This document shows, piece after piece, positions 21,400-32,500 of a DNA stretch of 64,000 nucleotides (within the stretch, counting starts at the first letter, position 1; each line of letters starts with the position of its first letter). The DNA is taken from NCBI GenBank assembly GCA_003707115.1, contig PPNB01000002.1, positions 372,001 to 436,000 on the forward strand, given 5' to 3'. This stretch comes from Tortispora ganteri. Taxonomy: Eukaryota. Under the pieces are notes generated by a model. The model was given only the letters and a program-made list of their open reading frames with translations. It searched no databases and was not told the DNA's origin. The translations under genes were made by a program, and so were the position numbers.

Positions 21400-22353
21400 T
21401 ATCTATGATTAGCTCTGTGAAAGTAATTCAGCGGAAAGGGCGAGAACGTAGTGCTTATATACATTTTTTGATCCCTTTTCCATAGATTAATGATGCGATC
21501 CCTTAAGCGCGCGGCTTTTTTTTTGACACAATCTTCCGGCCTAAGAGCGGATAGGTATAGGCCAATAATAACTCTTGAAATACATTTTAGATTCTGTTCC
21601 TGCGCGCTTATATTGGGAGAATACGAAATGTGTATTTTTTTTAACTGTGACCTGAAAAAACGCAATTTAAGCCTTTTCTTTGCCTGCATACAGGCTCATT
21701 AACCGAGATCGATACCGAGTAAAATGTCATAAATTCACCATAAAATTGACGTTCTTTTTTCAGATTGCACCTCACATTTCGATCGCATGTCAAAAGGTAT
21801 GCGAAATCGAAATGTGGTGGGGTAACCAAACACCGAATAGCGCTATAGTCTAATAGCCTATCAGACCAAGTAATAATCGGCAAGTGTACGGCTCTTAACG
21901 TTATTAGTCACATTACTCCGAAGGAAATCTGTTTGGGGAACATTGAGCTGTAGCGCTTCCCTGATCTATTTGTTAAAATTATTTGGGATCGATCTAATTA
22001 GCAATATCAAGCATTTATTAAGCGATAACGCACATAGAGGCTTTTCTACTAAGATATCGCTCCTTACCGCGTCCCTCAAGATAAGTTGTATGCAACAGTT
22101 CTTACGCAGACGCTATGTTTGACCTATTGCAACTTTAACAATAGATCTACATATTTTCGGGCCGCTTATACCGCGCGATATTGAGTTATTTTGCTAATTA
22201 TACGCTGTTCGGTTGGGGGGGTCGATATCGTTTTGCCGCTGCTACTGATGATGCAGGGTAACACTTTGTGATCCTGTCAACGTAGCAACCATAAGGTGCT
22301 ACATCTTCGTAAACTGGAGGAAAATAAATTAAGCCGTTCGAATCAGGTGAACA

Positions 22354-23049
22354 ATGAAGCATTTTGACTCATTGGCAGCGAGCTGGTGGCAACTCAACGG
22401 GCCATCACGGCTGCTGCATAAAATGAACAGCACTCGTGTGGTGTTTATGCAACAAGCCATCCGCGATCGAGCGGTGCACAAAGTATTAGACATTGGATGT
22501 GGAGGTGGTATATTCACCGAAACGGCTGCGCGAATCCCCGGTGTTAAGCATGTTGATGGCGTGGACGTTTCAGAATCGGTACTCGAAGTCGCTAGGGCAC
22601 ATGCCAGCATCGATAAGGCAGTACACAGTAAAGTCAGCTACCTAAAGGGACCGATAGAGGAGGTAACGAGCCTCACTAAAGAAAGCTATGACGTTGTTTC
22701 GCTTTTTGAAGTATTAGAACACGTCGACAATCCTTCGAAACTGATTGAAGAAGCAATGACATACACTAAACCCGGCGGAAGCATTGTTCTGTCTACAATT
22801 AATCGCACAGTAATGAGCTACCTGACCACTATTTTGATGGGTGAGAAAATATTAAAGCTAGTACCTGATGGTGTGCATTCGTGGAGCAAGTATATTAATT
22901 ATGGTGAAATTAAAGAATTTGTGGACAAAAAGCCGGGATGGAATATGTCATTAGCAAAGGGAACTATGTATGTTCCGACTCAAGGGTGGATATTGAATAA
23001 TTGCCCAAGTGAGGGCAATTACTTTATGGCCTTAGAGAAGGCTAGCTAA
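22354..23049 (+). CDS. COQ3: Ubiquinone biosynthesis O-methyltransferase
   Basis: HFDSLAASWW..LHKMN, VLDIGCGGG, FEVLEHV, STINRT, VPDGVHSWSKYI. Confidence 0.92.
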   Translation: MKHFDSLAASWWQLNGPSRLLHKMNSTRVVFMQQAIRDRAVHKVLDIGCGGGIFTETAARIPGVKHVDGVDVSESVLEVARAHASIDKAVHSKVSYLKGPIEEVTSLTKESYDVVSLFEVLEHVDNPSKLIEEAMTYTKPGGSIVLSTINRTVMSYLTTILMGEKILKLVPDGVHSWSKYINYGEIKEFVDKKPGWNMSLAKGTMYVPTQGWILNNCPSEGNYFMALEKAS

Positions 23050-23688
23050 TTATTGAGCAGCCTCTTGTTGTTTCTGTTCAATAGGTTCGTCAATAAATTC
23101 AGGCAATTCTCCAGCATCTTGTAAATACGACGGAACTGCGCCTGACGGCTCTTCGATATCAAACTGCATTTCTTCGCCTAACGCCTCCAGTTCCGCATCA
23201 AGTTCTGACTCAGATACGTCATCGGGAAGATCGTAGCCTCTTCCCATTGTAGCCTGTAATTCTTCACTGGCTTCCATGAGATCGGCCATTTCGTCCTGAA
23301 GTGCTTCTATTTTATCGATATTGAGCTTACCATACTGTTTCTTGAGTTCCTTATTAGCCTCTTTCATCGCATCAACTGAAATCAAGGCGTTCCTCAACCC
23401 CTCCGTCGTACCTTGTGTTTGTTCCATATTCCAGCTTTGTTGATACAATGAATCTTTTTGTTGTTCAAGTTGTTTTCTTTGTTTTAATACTTTTAGCGCT
23501 TTCTGTTTCATGGCATTCTTCCCCGGTCCGTCTCGCATGCGCGACATTTTCTGCTGGTATATCTGCAGCTCTCCATTCAATTTCGCAATGCGCACATCTA
23601 GACTCTCCATACGCGTCTCAATAGACGCTTGTGCGCTCTCTATAGTAGGTTTTGGACCTTTAGCCTTGCTTCCAAATAGACGGTTCAT
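23050..23688 (-). CDS. VPS60: ESCRT-III-associated Snf7-family protein Vps60/CHMP5
   Basis: MNRLFG..KQKALKVLKQRK..QQSWNMEQ..ELDAELEAL. Confidence 0.92.
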   Translation of the reverse strand: MNRLFGSKAKGPKPTIESAQASIETRMESLDVRIAKLNGELQIYQQKMSRMRDGPGKNAMKQKALKVLKQRKQLEQQKDSLYQQSWNMEQTQGTTEGLRNALISVDAMKEANKELKKQYGKLNIDKIEALQDEMADLMEASEELQATMGRGYDLPDDVSESELDAELEALGEEMQFDIEEPSGAVPSYLQDAGELPEFIDEPIEQKQQEAAQ

Positions 23689-23787
23689 GGGCTTTTATCG
23701 ATGTTAGTGGAGCAGCCACTCCTTTGGGATACCTTACTTACATAGTAGCCAATCATGAACCTTAACTGTGACACATCATCATTAACC

Positions 23788-24405
23788 ATGACTATAGAAA
23801 GAAAGATATGTGTATATTGTGGTTCATCTAGCGGAGACGACCCCATTTATGCTGAATCTGCTAAGAGACTTGGAGAACTAATTGCTGAAGTAAAATGGGG
23901 ACTGGTTTATGGTGGCGGAAGTACAGGCATCATGGGCGAATTGGCGAAATCAGCCGTCAGCCATGGCGCTGACGTACATGGAATCATTCCTGAGCCTCTT
24001 ATACGTAGAGAGCGCAGTACCGCAATTCCTGACGAATCTATTTATGGCCGAACTACCGTTGTTCAAGATATGCATACACGCAAACGCATGATGGCTTCTG
24101 AATCAACCGCTTTTGTCGCATTACCTGGTGGATTCGGAACTGCCGAAGAACTTTTCGAAGTGATCACTTGGAATCAACTGGGAATACATGCTTATCCTAT
24201 TGTTCTATTAAATATAAATGGATTTTATGACGGTCTACTTGCTTGGATAAACAACGCCACCGACTCCGGGTTCATCTCTGAGGGCAACAGGAATATATGC
24301 GTAGAGGCAAAATCACCCGAAGAAGTTATCGAGAACATTAGAAATTATGAAGTGTCAAAGGAGCGATTTTCTTTGAAATGGAGCGACGAAAACATGTCCA
24401 CCTAA
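23788..24405 (+). CDS. LOG1: LOG-family nucleotide 5'-monophosphate phosphoribohydrolase
   Basis: ICVYCGSS, LVYGGGSTGIMG, MHTRKRMM, PGGFGTAEE; start at 23788 or 23755. Confidence 0.92.
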   Translation: MTIERKICVYCGSSSGDDPIYAESAKRLGELIAEVKWGLVYGGGSTGIMGELAKSAVSHGADVHGIIPEPLIRRERSTAIPDESIYGRTTVVQDMHTRKRMMASESTAFVALPGGFGTAEELFEVITWNQLGIHAYPIVLLNINGFYDGLLAWINNATDSGFISEGNRNICVEAKSPEEVIENIRNYEVSKERFSLKWSDENMST

Positions 24406-24413
24406 TTGTCCCC

Positions 24414-25280
24414 CTAAGACGTATCCATACTTTCACTAGCTTCCGCTGAGGGCTCGTCAGCGGGACCTTCAGCAGTCTCATCCGCGGGCTCATCCGCTGG
24501 CGCACGAGTTCGCCGTGTATCTCCTAATCGCTCAAGCCATGGCGCTACAGCTTCATTGTCGAGTAATTCGAAGTCTCGATCTATTCCAACAATTGCTATA
24601 GACGTGTTAGAGATATTCAGCTCCTTGTCTTGTGGCAAAGTTTCGCGTAGAGCTGTAAGCCCATGAATTACCAGGTCCTCTACCGATGCATCAGGAAACT
24701 CGCTATTTGTGCGTTCAAAATATGTTCTAGCAGCCTGTGAACGCGCACCAATAGCAGCGGCAAGATACTCAAGCGAGTTTCCACTGGGTTGGAACTCAAA
24801 CAGGTGAGGTCCGGTCTGATCCACGCCTATTATCAGTAACCCAAGACCGTAAGGCCTTCTTCCATAGTACTGAGTTTTTCCTTGAGCTTTATCAGCAAGC
24901 GCATTGGCGGCTTTAATTACAGGCAAAGGTCGGCCGTACCTCATCTTTGAAGCCATAGCCTGTTGCCTTAAAAAACTACTAAGAACTCGGGCATCCGGAG
25001 TCAATCCAGCAATTGCAATACCCATATGGTCATCAATACGGAGAATCTTCTTTTGATAAGATCCAAGGTCTTCTGTATTCCTCTTGAGAGCCACTAATAC
25101 AGCATATTTACTATTCACAAGTCCGACAGCAGCACTACCTTGCTTGATAGCTTCGAGTGCATACTCTACTTGGAAAAGTCGTCCCGTCGGAGCATACGTA
25201 ATCGGATCATTATCATATGAGTTGCGAAACTGTTAATGTTAGTATTTATTATCCAATCATAAATTAGAGTCACGTACCAT
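24414..25280 (-). CDS. PRE5: 20S proteasome alpha-6 subunit; exons 25280-25278 and 25229-24414, 48-nt intron 25230-25277
   Basis: ATG|GTACGT...TACTAAC...CAG|TTTCGCAAC gives MFRNSYDNDPITYAPTGRLFQVEYALEAIKQG; the ORF track misses the N-terminus. Confidence 0.95.
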
Positions 25281-25447
25281 TATATTATTGGTATATAAGA
25301 AAGGGAAGAAGGTGTTTTAGGTGGCACTGTTCGCCCGGGTCAGTCCAACCCCCAAAACCCACCTTAAACCACCTAACCACCAATCAACCTTAACCATCAA
25401 CCTCCGGTCATTTTAGCCATCCGTCCTCATATTTTTCCTCGTCTATA

Positions 25448-25840
25448 ATGGCAGCACACGGCCCATTGTCCAGAATAATATTATTAGCAAGCGTACTGGC
25501 TACCGGGTTTTTGCTCATAATTTTGTCATGTGCACTATTCGGTAACTGGACGCCGTTGTCGGTAGTTTTGCTATTCCTCCTTGCTCCTGCTCCAAACGCT
25601 ATCTGTACGCGAGTTTCCGGTTATGACGATTTCATGAGCGAAGGAAACACCGGTGCACTCGACCTTGGAATGTTTCTCACTGGAATTCTCGTCGCTTCCG
25701 GTTTCGGCCTTCCTCTGGTTCTAGCACACGTCGGTATTATTGGAATCCCCGCTATGATTATGTCCATGACTGGCGGATTCCTCGTTTATGGCACAATTAT
25801 AACATTCACGCTATTCTTCCATGAATCTGAAGAATTCTAA
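25448..25840 (+). CDS. VPS55: Vacuolar protein sorting 55 (OB-RGRP family)
   Basis: Four hydrophobic segments, GFLLIILSCAL, FLTGILVASGFGLPLVLAH. Confidence 0.92.
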   Translation: MAAHGPLSRIILLASVLATGFLLIILSCALFGNWTPLSVVLLFLLAPAPNAICTRVSGYDDFMSEGNTGALDLGMFLTGILVASGFGLPLVLAHVGIIGIPAMIMSMTGGFLVYGTIITFTLFFHESEEF

Positions 25841-28800
25841 ACGACACAGTCGACACTTTTACTGCCGAATGTCTGTACCTCATCCCATCTAGCGCTCTTC
25901 ACATCACATACTCCGCTCCATCGGTACCGTCCCAGTCCTAAATATACAACTTCTATTTCCATCTCTTTCTTTTCTCCTCCTGCCAGCGTAAATGCGACCT
26001 CCTCTTGTCCATTTATTATTATTTTTCGATCATTCTTCTCCGTACTCCATATCCCTCCTTCCTCAAACACACTAGGTAATATTCGAAATATTCCATGCAC
26101 TCTTTCCTCATATCGATTCCGTATAGACACTTTAACGTAGCTCAGTTCTCCAGGATTATTTTTATAATTAACTCCCAGTCTCATTTCAACTGCATCTTTT
26201 TTCACCGTCCTCAACATGTCTTCGCTCAGCCTGAATCCACGAAGATCGATGTTTCCTTCTGCTCCTGTTTCAACATCTTTCCATCGCCCACGCACACGAT
26301 CTAATATATGCTCCCTGTACCAGAACAACTCGTTCTTGGAATCTTCTAGCTGCCGTTTTTCTTTTTTCTTCACAAGATTAGGAATTGGTGCCCATCCCTT
26401 GTAGCCAAGAAATACTTTCTTGATAGGAATGAGGAGTCTTTTTGTTGTGCCACTCTGAATCATTGCGTTGCTTTGAAAATCAGTAACTTCACCATTCTCG
26501 GCGTATTCTATGCAAACTTTCATACCGTGAACCCAATAGTCTTTTAGATCAAACACCAGTAGAGCATAGTCCTCATAATCTATAACTTCATTGGAAACAT
26601 GATCCCATAACTCAAATGTCTCTTTTATATCTGAACATCCGACTAATTCATAAGAAACCAGCTCTATGCTCAAATTCACAGTGATAGAAAGTGCAATGCA
26701 TAGAGTTCTGGTAACAGTTACATTCTCAGATGAACCGTGAGCACGTCGGTACTCTACTTGAATTTTTCCAGATGTTAGTCCCCGTTTACCAAAAATCTCC
26801 ACCTCTACGGTACTCTCGCTATTTCCAGGAATCATCACAACTGACGCCGGTCTAAGGTACCGTAATGCCCTTCTATTAACCAAATAGTATTCCAGCTCAT
26901 AAACATCGGCTTCACTTAGAGTTTCCTCTTTAAGGCTTTTTTCTAGTTCTCTCGTAGTAGCATCACTAAAAGCAAGATCAAGTATTTTAGCTTCTATAGA
27001 AGACTCATTGCGCAATCCAAAAAACAAATTTAGCGTTTGTCCTTCTAAAATCATTATGCAACTAGTCTCTAGTCCTTTTTCATTGAGCTCAAGTACGGGT
27101 TCTTCGTCGAATACATTGAATGATAAAACAATATTTTGAGTCAATGCTGTGCTAGGCTTCTCTAAACGCCTCACAGAATTGTAACCAATATGTTTGATTT
27201 TTGTAACAAGCTTAGACGAAGAATTCACTGAACGGGTATACTTATGCAGAGTCGGAGAGCTGTCTCCACATTTAATATTGCAGCCTAATATCTTCAATTG
27301 GCCAGTTTCCTTCGCAATACCACTAAATAAAATTTCTGCTGTTGAAGAGCTATTTAATACCATCTCAAAAGTCGGCCATACGCACAACGCGCCTTCAGAT
27401 GCAATAGATATCGAAGCCAAGTCAATAGAGTAAACATATGGGTTTTCTAGAATCACCTTCACAAGCACTTCTGACTCGCAAAATGCGTATCCAATAGTAA
27501 CATCGTCGGCGTTGATTTTTTTGATAGGTTTAGCGGGCTTGTACAGAAATAAGTTATCTGAATTGTCAGCCGCTGCAGGCATTTTTGTTTCCACAATAAA
27601 GTCTTTACGCTCAGACTCAACAACATACATCTTTTTCACCAATGATCTGCTCCACAATATGTCTGCATCATGGTCCAGTCCGGCGTTTGATGCTGAAGAA
27701 GATGTCTTATCGATAACGAGAAGCAAGTTAGCCAGCTCATCACGTCTGAGGATCTTGCTGCATATATCCAATATAGCAACAGAGTATCTTATAATGCCAC
27801 GTAAATCAGGTAATGACTCACATAGTCTCAGACAAGATCTCAATACATCTTTTTGGACCCCAGTCCAGCCAAAATTAGGTGGGAAATCTTTCGAACCACC
27901 GTAAGTACGTGCAAGTTCGTCTAATAAAGAGATCAAACCAACGTCACTTGTTGGAAACAATGTATCATCTGATATAGTTGCAATGGATAAGGTAGCGTCT
28001 GCAACAGGATGTATACCATTCTCAGCGGCGTCAGTTATCCTTGCTGTCATAAGTTGAGGCACCAGTACATCAATCAGAGTCTTAATGACAAAACTTCTTT
28101 TTCGTGAGTATTTCAGTAATTCGTAAATACTAGCCATACCACAAAGAACGTGTGATCGAGAATATGCATGGGCAATTTTGTTTTGTAGTATATCACACTC
28201 GTTTAGCAAGCCTAGTATTATCTCTAAAGAAACCCCGGATTTTCTTTGGACAATTGCGCTACCCGTTGCGTCAATATCAGATCCCACTACTAAATGCTTT
28301 AGACAATGAGTTGTGAGTCCACCAGATACCCTTATGCAAGCTAAAGTATAGCACATTCTTAGTATGAAATCACAAATACATTCACAGGAAACCGACTCCT
28401 GTTGTGATTTATTAGCACGCTGGTATATATTTAGAACAGAAATTGTAGCGTCACATAAAAACGGAACTATATCTTTGTTTGACGCAGCTTTTTGCGAGTT
28501 CGGCAAAAGGTCAGTTGAAGAACTCACTGTCGATCGAACGATGGAAGAAATCGTGAAAGGGATATCAAAGTGCATCATTAGTACGTATGTGGCAGCTACT
28601 GATGCGATTGCTTCACCATGATAAAGATGATCGTGAGCCATTTTCAGAGCAGATATAGCTTCATCGTAGTGTTTGAGAGCTTCGGGGAAATTGCCTGCTA
28701 GCATATAAAGATCACCTACGTTCTTTAGAGAGCGGCCCTTACTTCGTTGTTTTCGGCGTTCGGAAGTCGATAACGCTGACGCAGCTGCAGCCACTGAGTT

Positions 28801-29412
28801 AGACGATGATCTTGCCAAAGAACCGGATGGCGTATCCCATCCGTCAACAGAAGACCGACCAAGTGCTGGAGACGATACGTAATCATATCCGGCATACGCA
28901 TGTGACAGTAAGGGAAGTTCTGCGAGGATAGTAGATGCGATATCACACTTTGCAGTATAATAAGAAGCAGCTGTTGCTTGTTCAAAAGGAGGAATAGTAG
29001 AAACAAATGATGGAACGTCAGTTTTAGTAGTATTAAAAACAACTAATCTATATGATAAAGCTTGTGGGTAAAGTTGTTTCAATAGGTCATAGGCTTCATC
29101 AAATTGAGCGTCATTATCAATGATTCCAACCACAGATAATACGCGTTTATGTATTTGTAAAGATTCCAAATCTGATGCAGGTTCTATTGACAATTTTAAA
29201 TCAAGAATCATACGACCATTTGGATAATTTTGAGGGCTAAATTGAGTTCTATCTGGACGAGGATCTGGTGTTATATCTTCTAACAACAAAACAGGATCTT
29301 CTTGTAATTTTTTCGCATATTCATAAAATAACGATTGTTTAATTTCAAATCCAGGACATAATAATACTCTTGTACGCGCTAGTCCATTAATCGCGTACTG
29401 CGGTAATGTCAT
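25837..29412 (-). CDS. TRS120: TRAPPII subunit Trs120/TRAPPC9
   Basis: LEDITPDPRPDRTQFSPQNYPNGR, KGRSLKNVGDLYMLAG, ILENPY, WYREHIL; first ATG at 29412. Confidence 0.88.
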   Translation of the reverse strand: MTLPQYAINGLARTRVLLCPGFEIKQSLFYEYAKKLQEDPVLLLEDITPDPRPDRTQFSPQNYPNGRMILDLKLSIEPASDLESLQIHKRVLSVVGIIDNDAQFDEAYDLLKQLYPQALSYRLVVFNTTKTDVPSFVSTIPPFEQATAASYYTAKCDIASTILAELPLLSHAYAGYDYVSSPALGRSSVDGWDTPSGSLARSSSNSVAAAASALSTSERRKQRSKGRSLKNVGDLYMLAGNFPEALKHYDEAISALKMAHDHLYHGEAIASVAATYVLMMHFDIPFTISSIVRSTVSSSTDLLPNSQKAASNKDIVPFLCDATISVLNIYQRANKSQQESVSCECICDFILRMCYTLACIRVSGGLTTHCLKHLVVGSDIDATGSAIVQRKSGVSLEIILGLLNECDILQNKIAHAYSRSHVLCGMASIYELLKYSRKRSFVIKTLIDVLVPQLMTARITDAAENGIHPVADATLSIATISDDTLFPTSDVGLISLLDELARTYGGSKDFPPNFGWTGVQKDVLRSCLRLCESLPDLRGIIRYSVAILDICSKILRRDELANLLLVIDKTSSSASNAGLDHDADILWSRSLVKKMYVVESERKDFIVETKMPAAADNSDNLFLYKPAKPIKKINADDVTIGYAFCESEVLVKVILENPYVYSIDLASISIASEGALCVWPTFEMVLNSSSTAEILFSGIAKETGQLKILGCNIKCGDSSPTLHKYTRSVNSSSKLVTKIKHIGYNSVRRLEKPSTALTQNIVLSFNVFDEEPVLELNEKGLETSCIMILEGQTLNLFFGLRNESSIEAKILDLAFSDATTRELEKSLKEETLSEADVYELEYYLVNRRALRYLRPASVVMIPGNSESTVEVEIFGKRGLTSGKIQVEYRRAHGSSENVTVTRTLCIALSITVNLSIELVSYELVGCSDIKETFELWDHVSNEVIDYEDYALLVFDLKDYWVHGMKVCIEYAENGEVTDFQSNAMIQSGTTKRLLIPIKKVFLGYKGWAPIPNLVKKKEKRQLEDSKNELFWYREHILDRVRGRWKDVETGAEGNIDLRGFRLSEDMLRTVKKDAVEMRLGVNYKNNPGELSYVKVSIRNRYEERVHGIFRILPSVFEEGGIWSTEKNDRKIIINGQEEVAFTLAGGEKKEMEIEVVYLGLGRYRWSGVCDVKSARWDEVQTFGSKSVDCVV

Positions 29413-29421
29413 TTTCTCTTG

Positions 29422-29445
29422 TAGGTAGTAGTTTAGGTAGTAGTT
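29422..29445. repeat. Tandem 12-mer TAGGTAGTAGTT x2 just upstream of the TRS120 start
   Basis: Read directly from the sequence. Confidence 0.7.
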
Positions 29446-29587
29446 TAAAGTGTAAGACCGTTCCCAGGGCCAATCTTTACTTGTAACGTGTTGTCCTATA
29501 CCTTTGAAATTGATCTGTCTATTGAACAACTTATTAAACTTGCATGATTTTTAGCGTTTTGATTTAAATTATTTATTTATTGCTACA

Positions 29588-32500
29588 ATGAACTACAATT
29601 TGTTTCGAAGCTCAGATAGTAACCCGGTATCAGCTAATGTGGTGACAGTTAACCACAAAGCACTCATAACACGGACTCTCACTAAATATCCTGTAGACTA
29701 CGCATTGTTTCGTGAACTTATACAAAATGGTGCAGATGCAGGTGCCTCAACTGTTCGTATAAGCTTTACTACAAATGAAGGCCTTCACAAAGAGTCTATA
29801 GCTGATACAATCAAAGACGCCACAGTGAAAGGCCTCCAGATCAGCAACAACGGAAGTATATTTCAAAGCTCAGACTGGAAACGGCTTAGAGAAATTGCAA
29901 GTGGTAACCCCGATGAATCCAAAATTGGAGCATTCGGTGTAGGTTTCTATTCTGTCTTTTCGGTAACAGAGGAACCTTTAGTCCATTCAGGCGATTCAAT
30001 GATGTGTTTCTTCTACATAAAGGATCAACTCAATTATAGATTTACTGATAAAACTCCAAAATATTCGGAATGGACAATAATTGACCTTCCTTATTCTCAT
30101 AGAGATCAAAACTTGCCTGATTTATCTGGCCTCACGGCTTTCCTTACTCAGTCAATGACTTTTATTAAAGTCTCTAACCTTCAAATATATGTGGACAATA
30201 TTCTTGTCTATTCGTTTTCAAAAACGTCTTCTCCTTCCAAAATACTTCCTATTTCTTCTTATATATCGCCTCAGACTCCGAATAAAAATCTCAAACTAAC
30301 GTCTCTAACTTCTCAAGACACAACCATATCACTATCTTACTACAGATTCTTAGAAGACTTGGACTACTTTTCTCGTGATAGCACTTACTTAAAGCGTGGC
30401 ATAAAATTATTCTCAAATCTTGTCACAAATAAGTCTGACCCAAAACAATGGTGTGAAGGCTCTGTTAGTTTGATTATGGTTACAGGCGAAATTGCTGTTA
30501 ATATCTCTACAAAATTCTCTAATCAAATCAAACAGGCTGTCCTCAAACCTCCCCCTAAAAAATCTTCAATGTCGTTTCTCTATAAGCCCTACACTCAAGC
30601 TTCCGATAAATACGACTCATACCCTATGCTCTCTCACGTTTTCCCTTCCTCTGGTATAGACTCCAGAATATTCATTGGCTTCCCTACAAAACAATCTACT
30701 GGTCTCTCTCTTCATATACATGCTCCTCATTTGATCCCTACAATGGAACGCACAGCAGTGGATCTTTCTAACACACATGTTTGCGATTGGAATAAGGATA
30801 TGCTAGCATTGTGTGGCATATTACTGTGCTCATATTACACAGAATGTGCACATCAAACTCCTCAGAATCTTGACAGTTCTGAGTTTACTAAATATGCTGG
30901 ACATATCATCTCACAATTCACATCTGGCACATCTAGCCCAGACAAAGCAGTGGGTTACTCAATAGCAATGGGATTTTGGAACGCTTCAAAAAATTTCCCG
31001 CTTCCCACACATGACCGTTTTGTCTCTAATGCTGTTATACGTGTATCTTCAGATCCTTGCTCTTTTCTCAAGGGAATACACCTTCTTAATAAAGACCTTC
31101 AGGATAACTACAGTTCGTTTTTCCAGCGTGCACGTGATTTTGAAATCATCAAACAGCTCTCTATTCAAGACATTAAAAACAGTCTGAACAAAGAAACTAT
31201 GAATTCAACTCAGCTAGTGCTGTTTTTCAAGTGGCTAAATTCTGCTTTATTGAACAAATCATTCGCAGAATCTGACTTAACTGCTTTACTATCGTACGCT
31301 TATTACTCCCCTGAATCTGGAGAATACGTGAAATCTCTGGCAACATTTCAATATTACAAGCCTTCTCAAGGCCTTCCTTCTGAATACCCTATTCCTGATA
31401 ACTGTTTGCCGAGTGAAGTCTCTGCTCGATTATCTAATAATAAGATGGCCTCTATTATGAGATTGCAGGCTCTGCCAACTGAGGTGCAGTTCATGCATAT
31501 AATCAAGCTTGCTAAGTCCGGTAAAGGCCTGAAAGACGAACTGAACCCTGTAATAAATATACATGTTTCTAAAGTACTCTTTGAAGCATTATCTCTGGTA
31601 TGGACCGGACTTCAGCATAACGTCCAGAAAGACATAAAGGATGAAATATCTGATTGTTCGGTAATCGCTACTCAAAAGGGAATGTTAATTCCTTCCAAAA
31701 CATACATTGATAGAATACCTGCTTTCCCTGCCTTACCTGTTGTCTTGCCTGAAGTTGCTACATTAGCTCGCAGCATGCTCATTTTCCTAGGAGTACGAGA
31801 AACTGTTGAGCCAAAATACGCACTTAGTCTCATAGAAAGCAAGGAAACGCATATTTCTATTCCGGAACTTGTGCAGTATTTTGTGAATCAGCGTAAGCGT
31901 CTCAAAGAGGAAGACTTGAATCTTCTGAGCTCACTCTCTATTTTTCCCCGTGCTGGCACAGACTCGTTCGCAAAAATATCCGAGCTCTATTCTCCAATTC
32001 AAAGCCACATAGCGTTGGATCTTCCAGTTCTCTTATGGACTGGGTACGATCCAGGTTCTGATAGTGCTAAGTTTTTGGTAAAACTGGGTCTCATTGATCA
32101 TATTCCGATTGACAAGTGGACGGTATTGATTTCTCAGAAGACTATAACCCCAGAAAGACGTTTTAAACTTCTACAGTATTATTTTCAGAACTACGACTCC
32201 AAAACTTATTTTGTGAAGTCTATATCTTCTTCAATTATTCCAGATAACGCAGGAAACCTTCATGCCGTGAGCGAGTGTTATACTGACCCTGATGTGGAGT
32301 GCTTTGGATTTCCTATTGTGCATTCTGATATAAGAAGAGAAGCATGGAAACTAAATATCAAAGAACATCCGTCAACGCAACAGTTGATTGATATACTAAT
32401 TAAATCTCCGCCAAGGACGAAAGCTGCAGCGAATGCTCAGTTTTCTCTGATGAGTAAAATGGTGCAACAATTAAGCCGAGCGGATCTCAATAGACTTTCT

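Noticed and set aside
21403..21691. Possible NCE103 upstream exon/intron (GTATGC...GCTAAT..TAG)
   Set aside because: Splicing the upstream ATG gives an immediate stop, and a TATA-like element lies about 55 bp before the annotated ATG
22335..22343. GTTCGAATC B-box suggesting a tRNA gene
   Set aside because: No cloverleaf stems or proper A-box around it
29422..29445. let-7-like sequence (AGGTAGTAG)
   Set aside because: Coincidental short tandem repeat in a fungal promoter with no precursor hairpin
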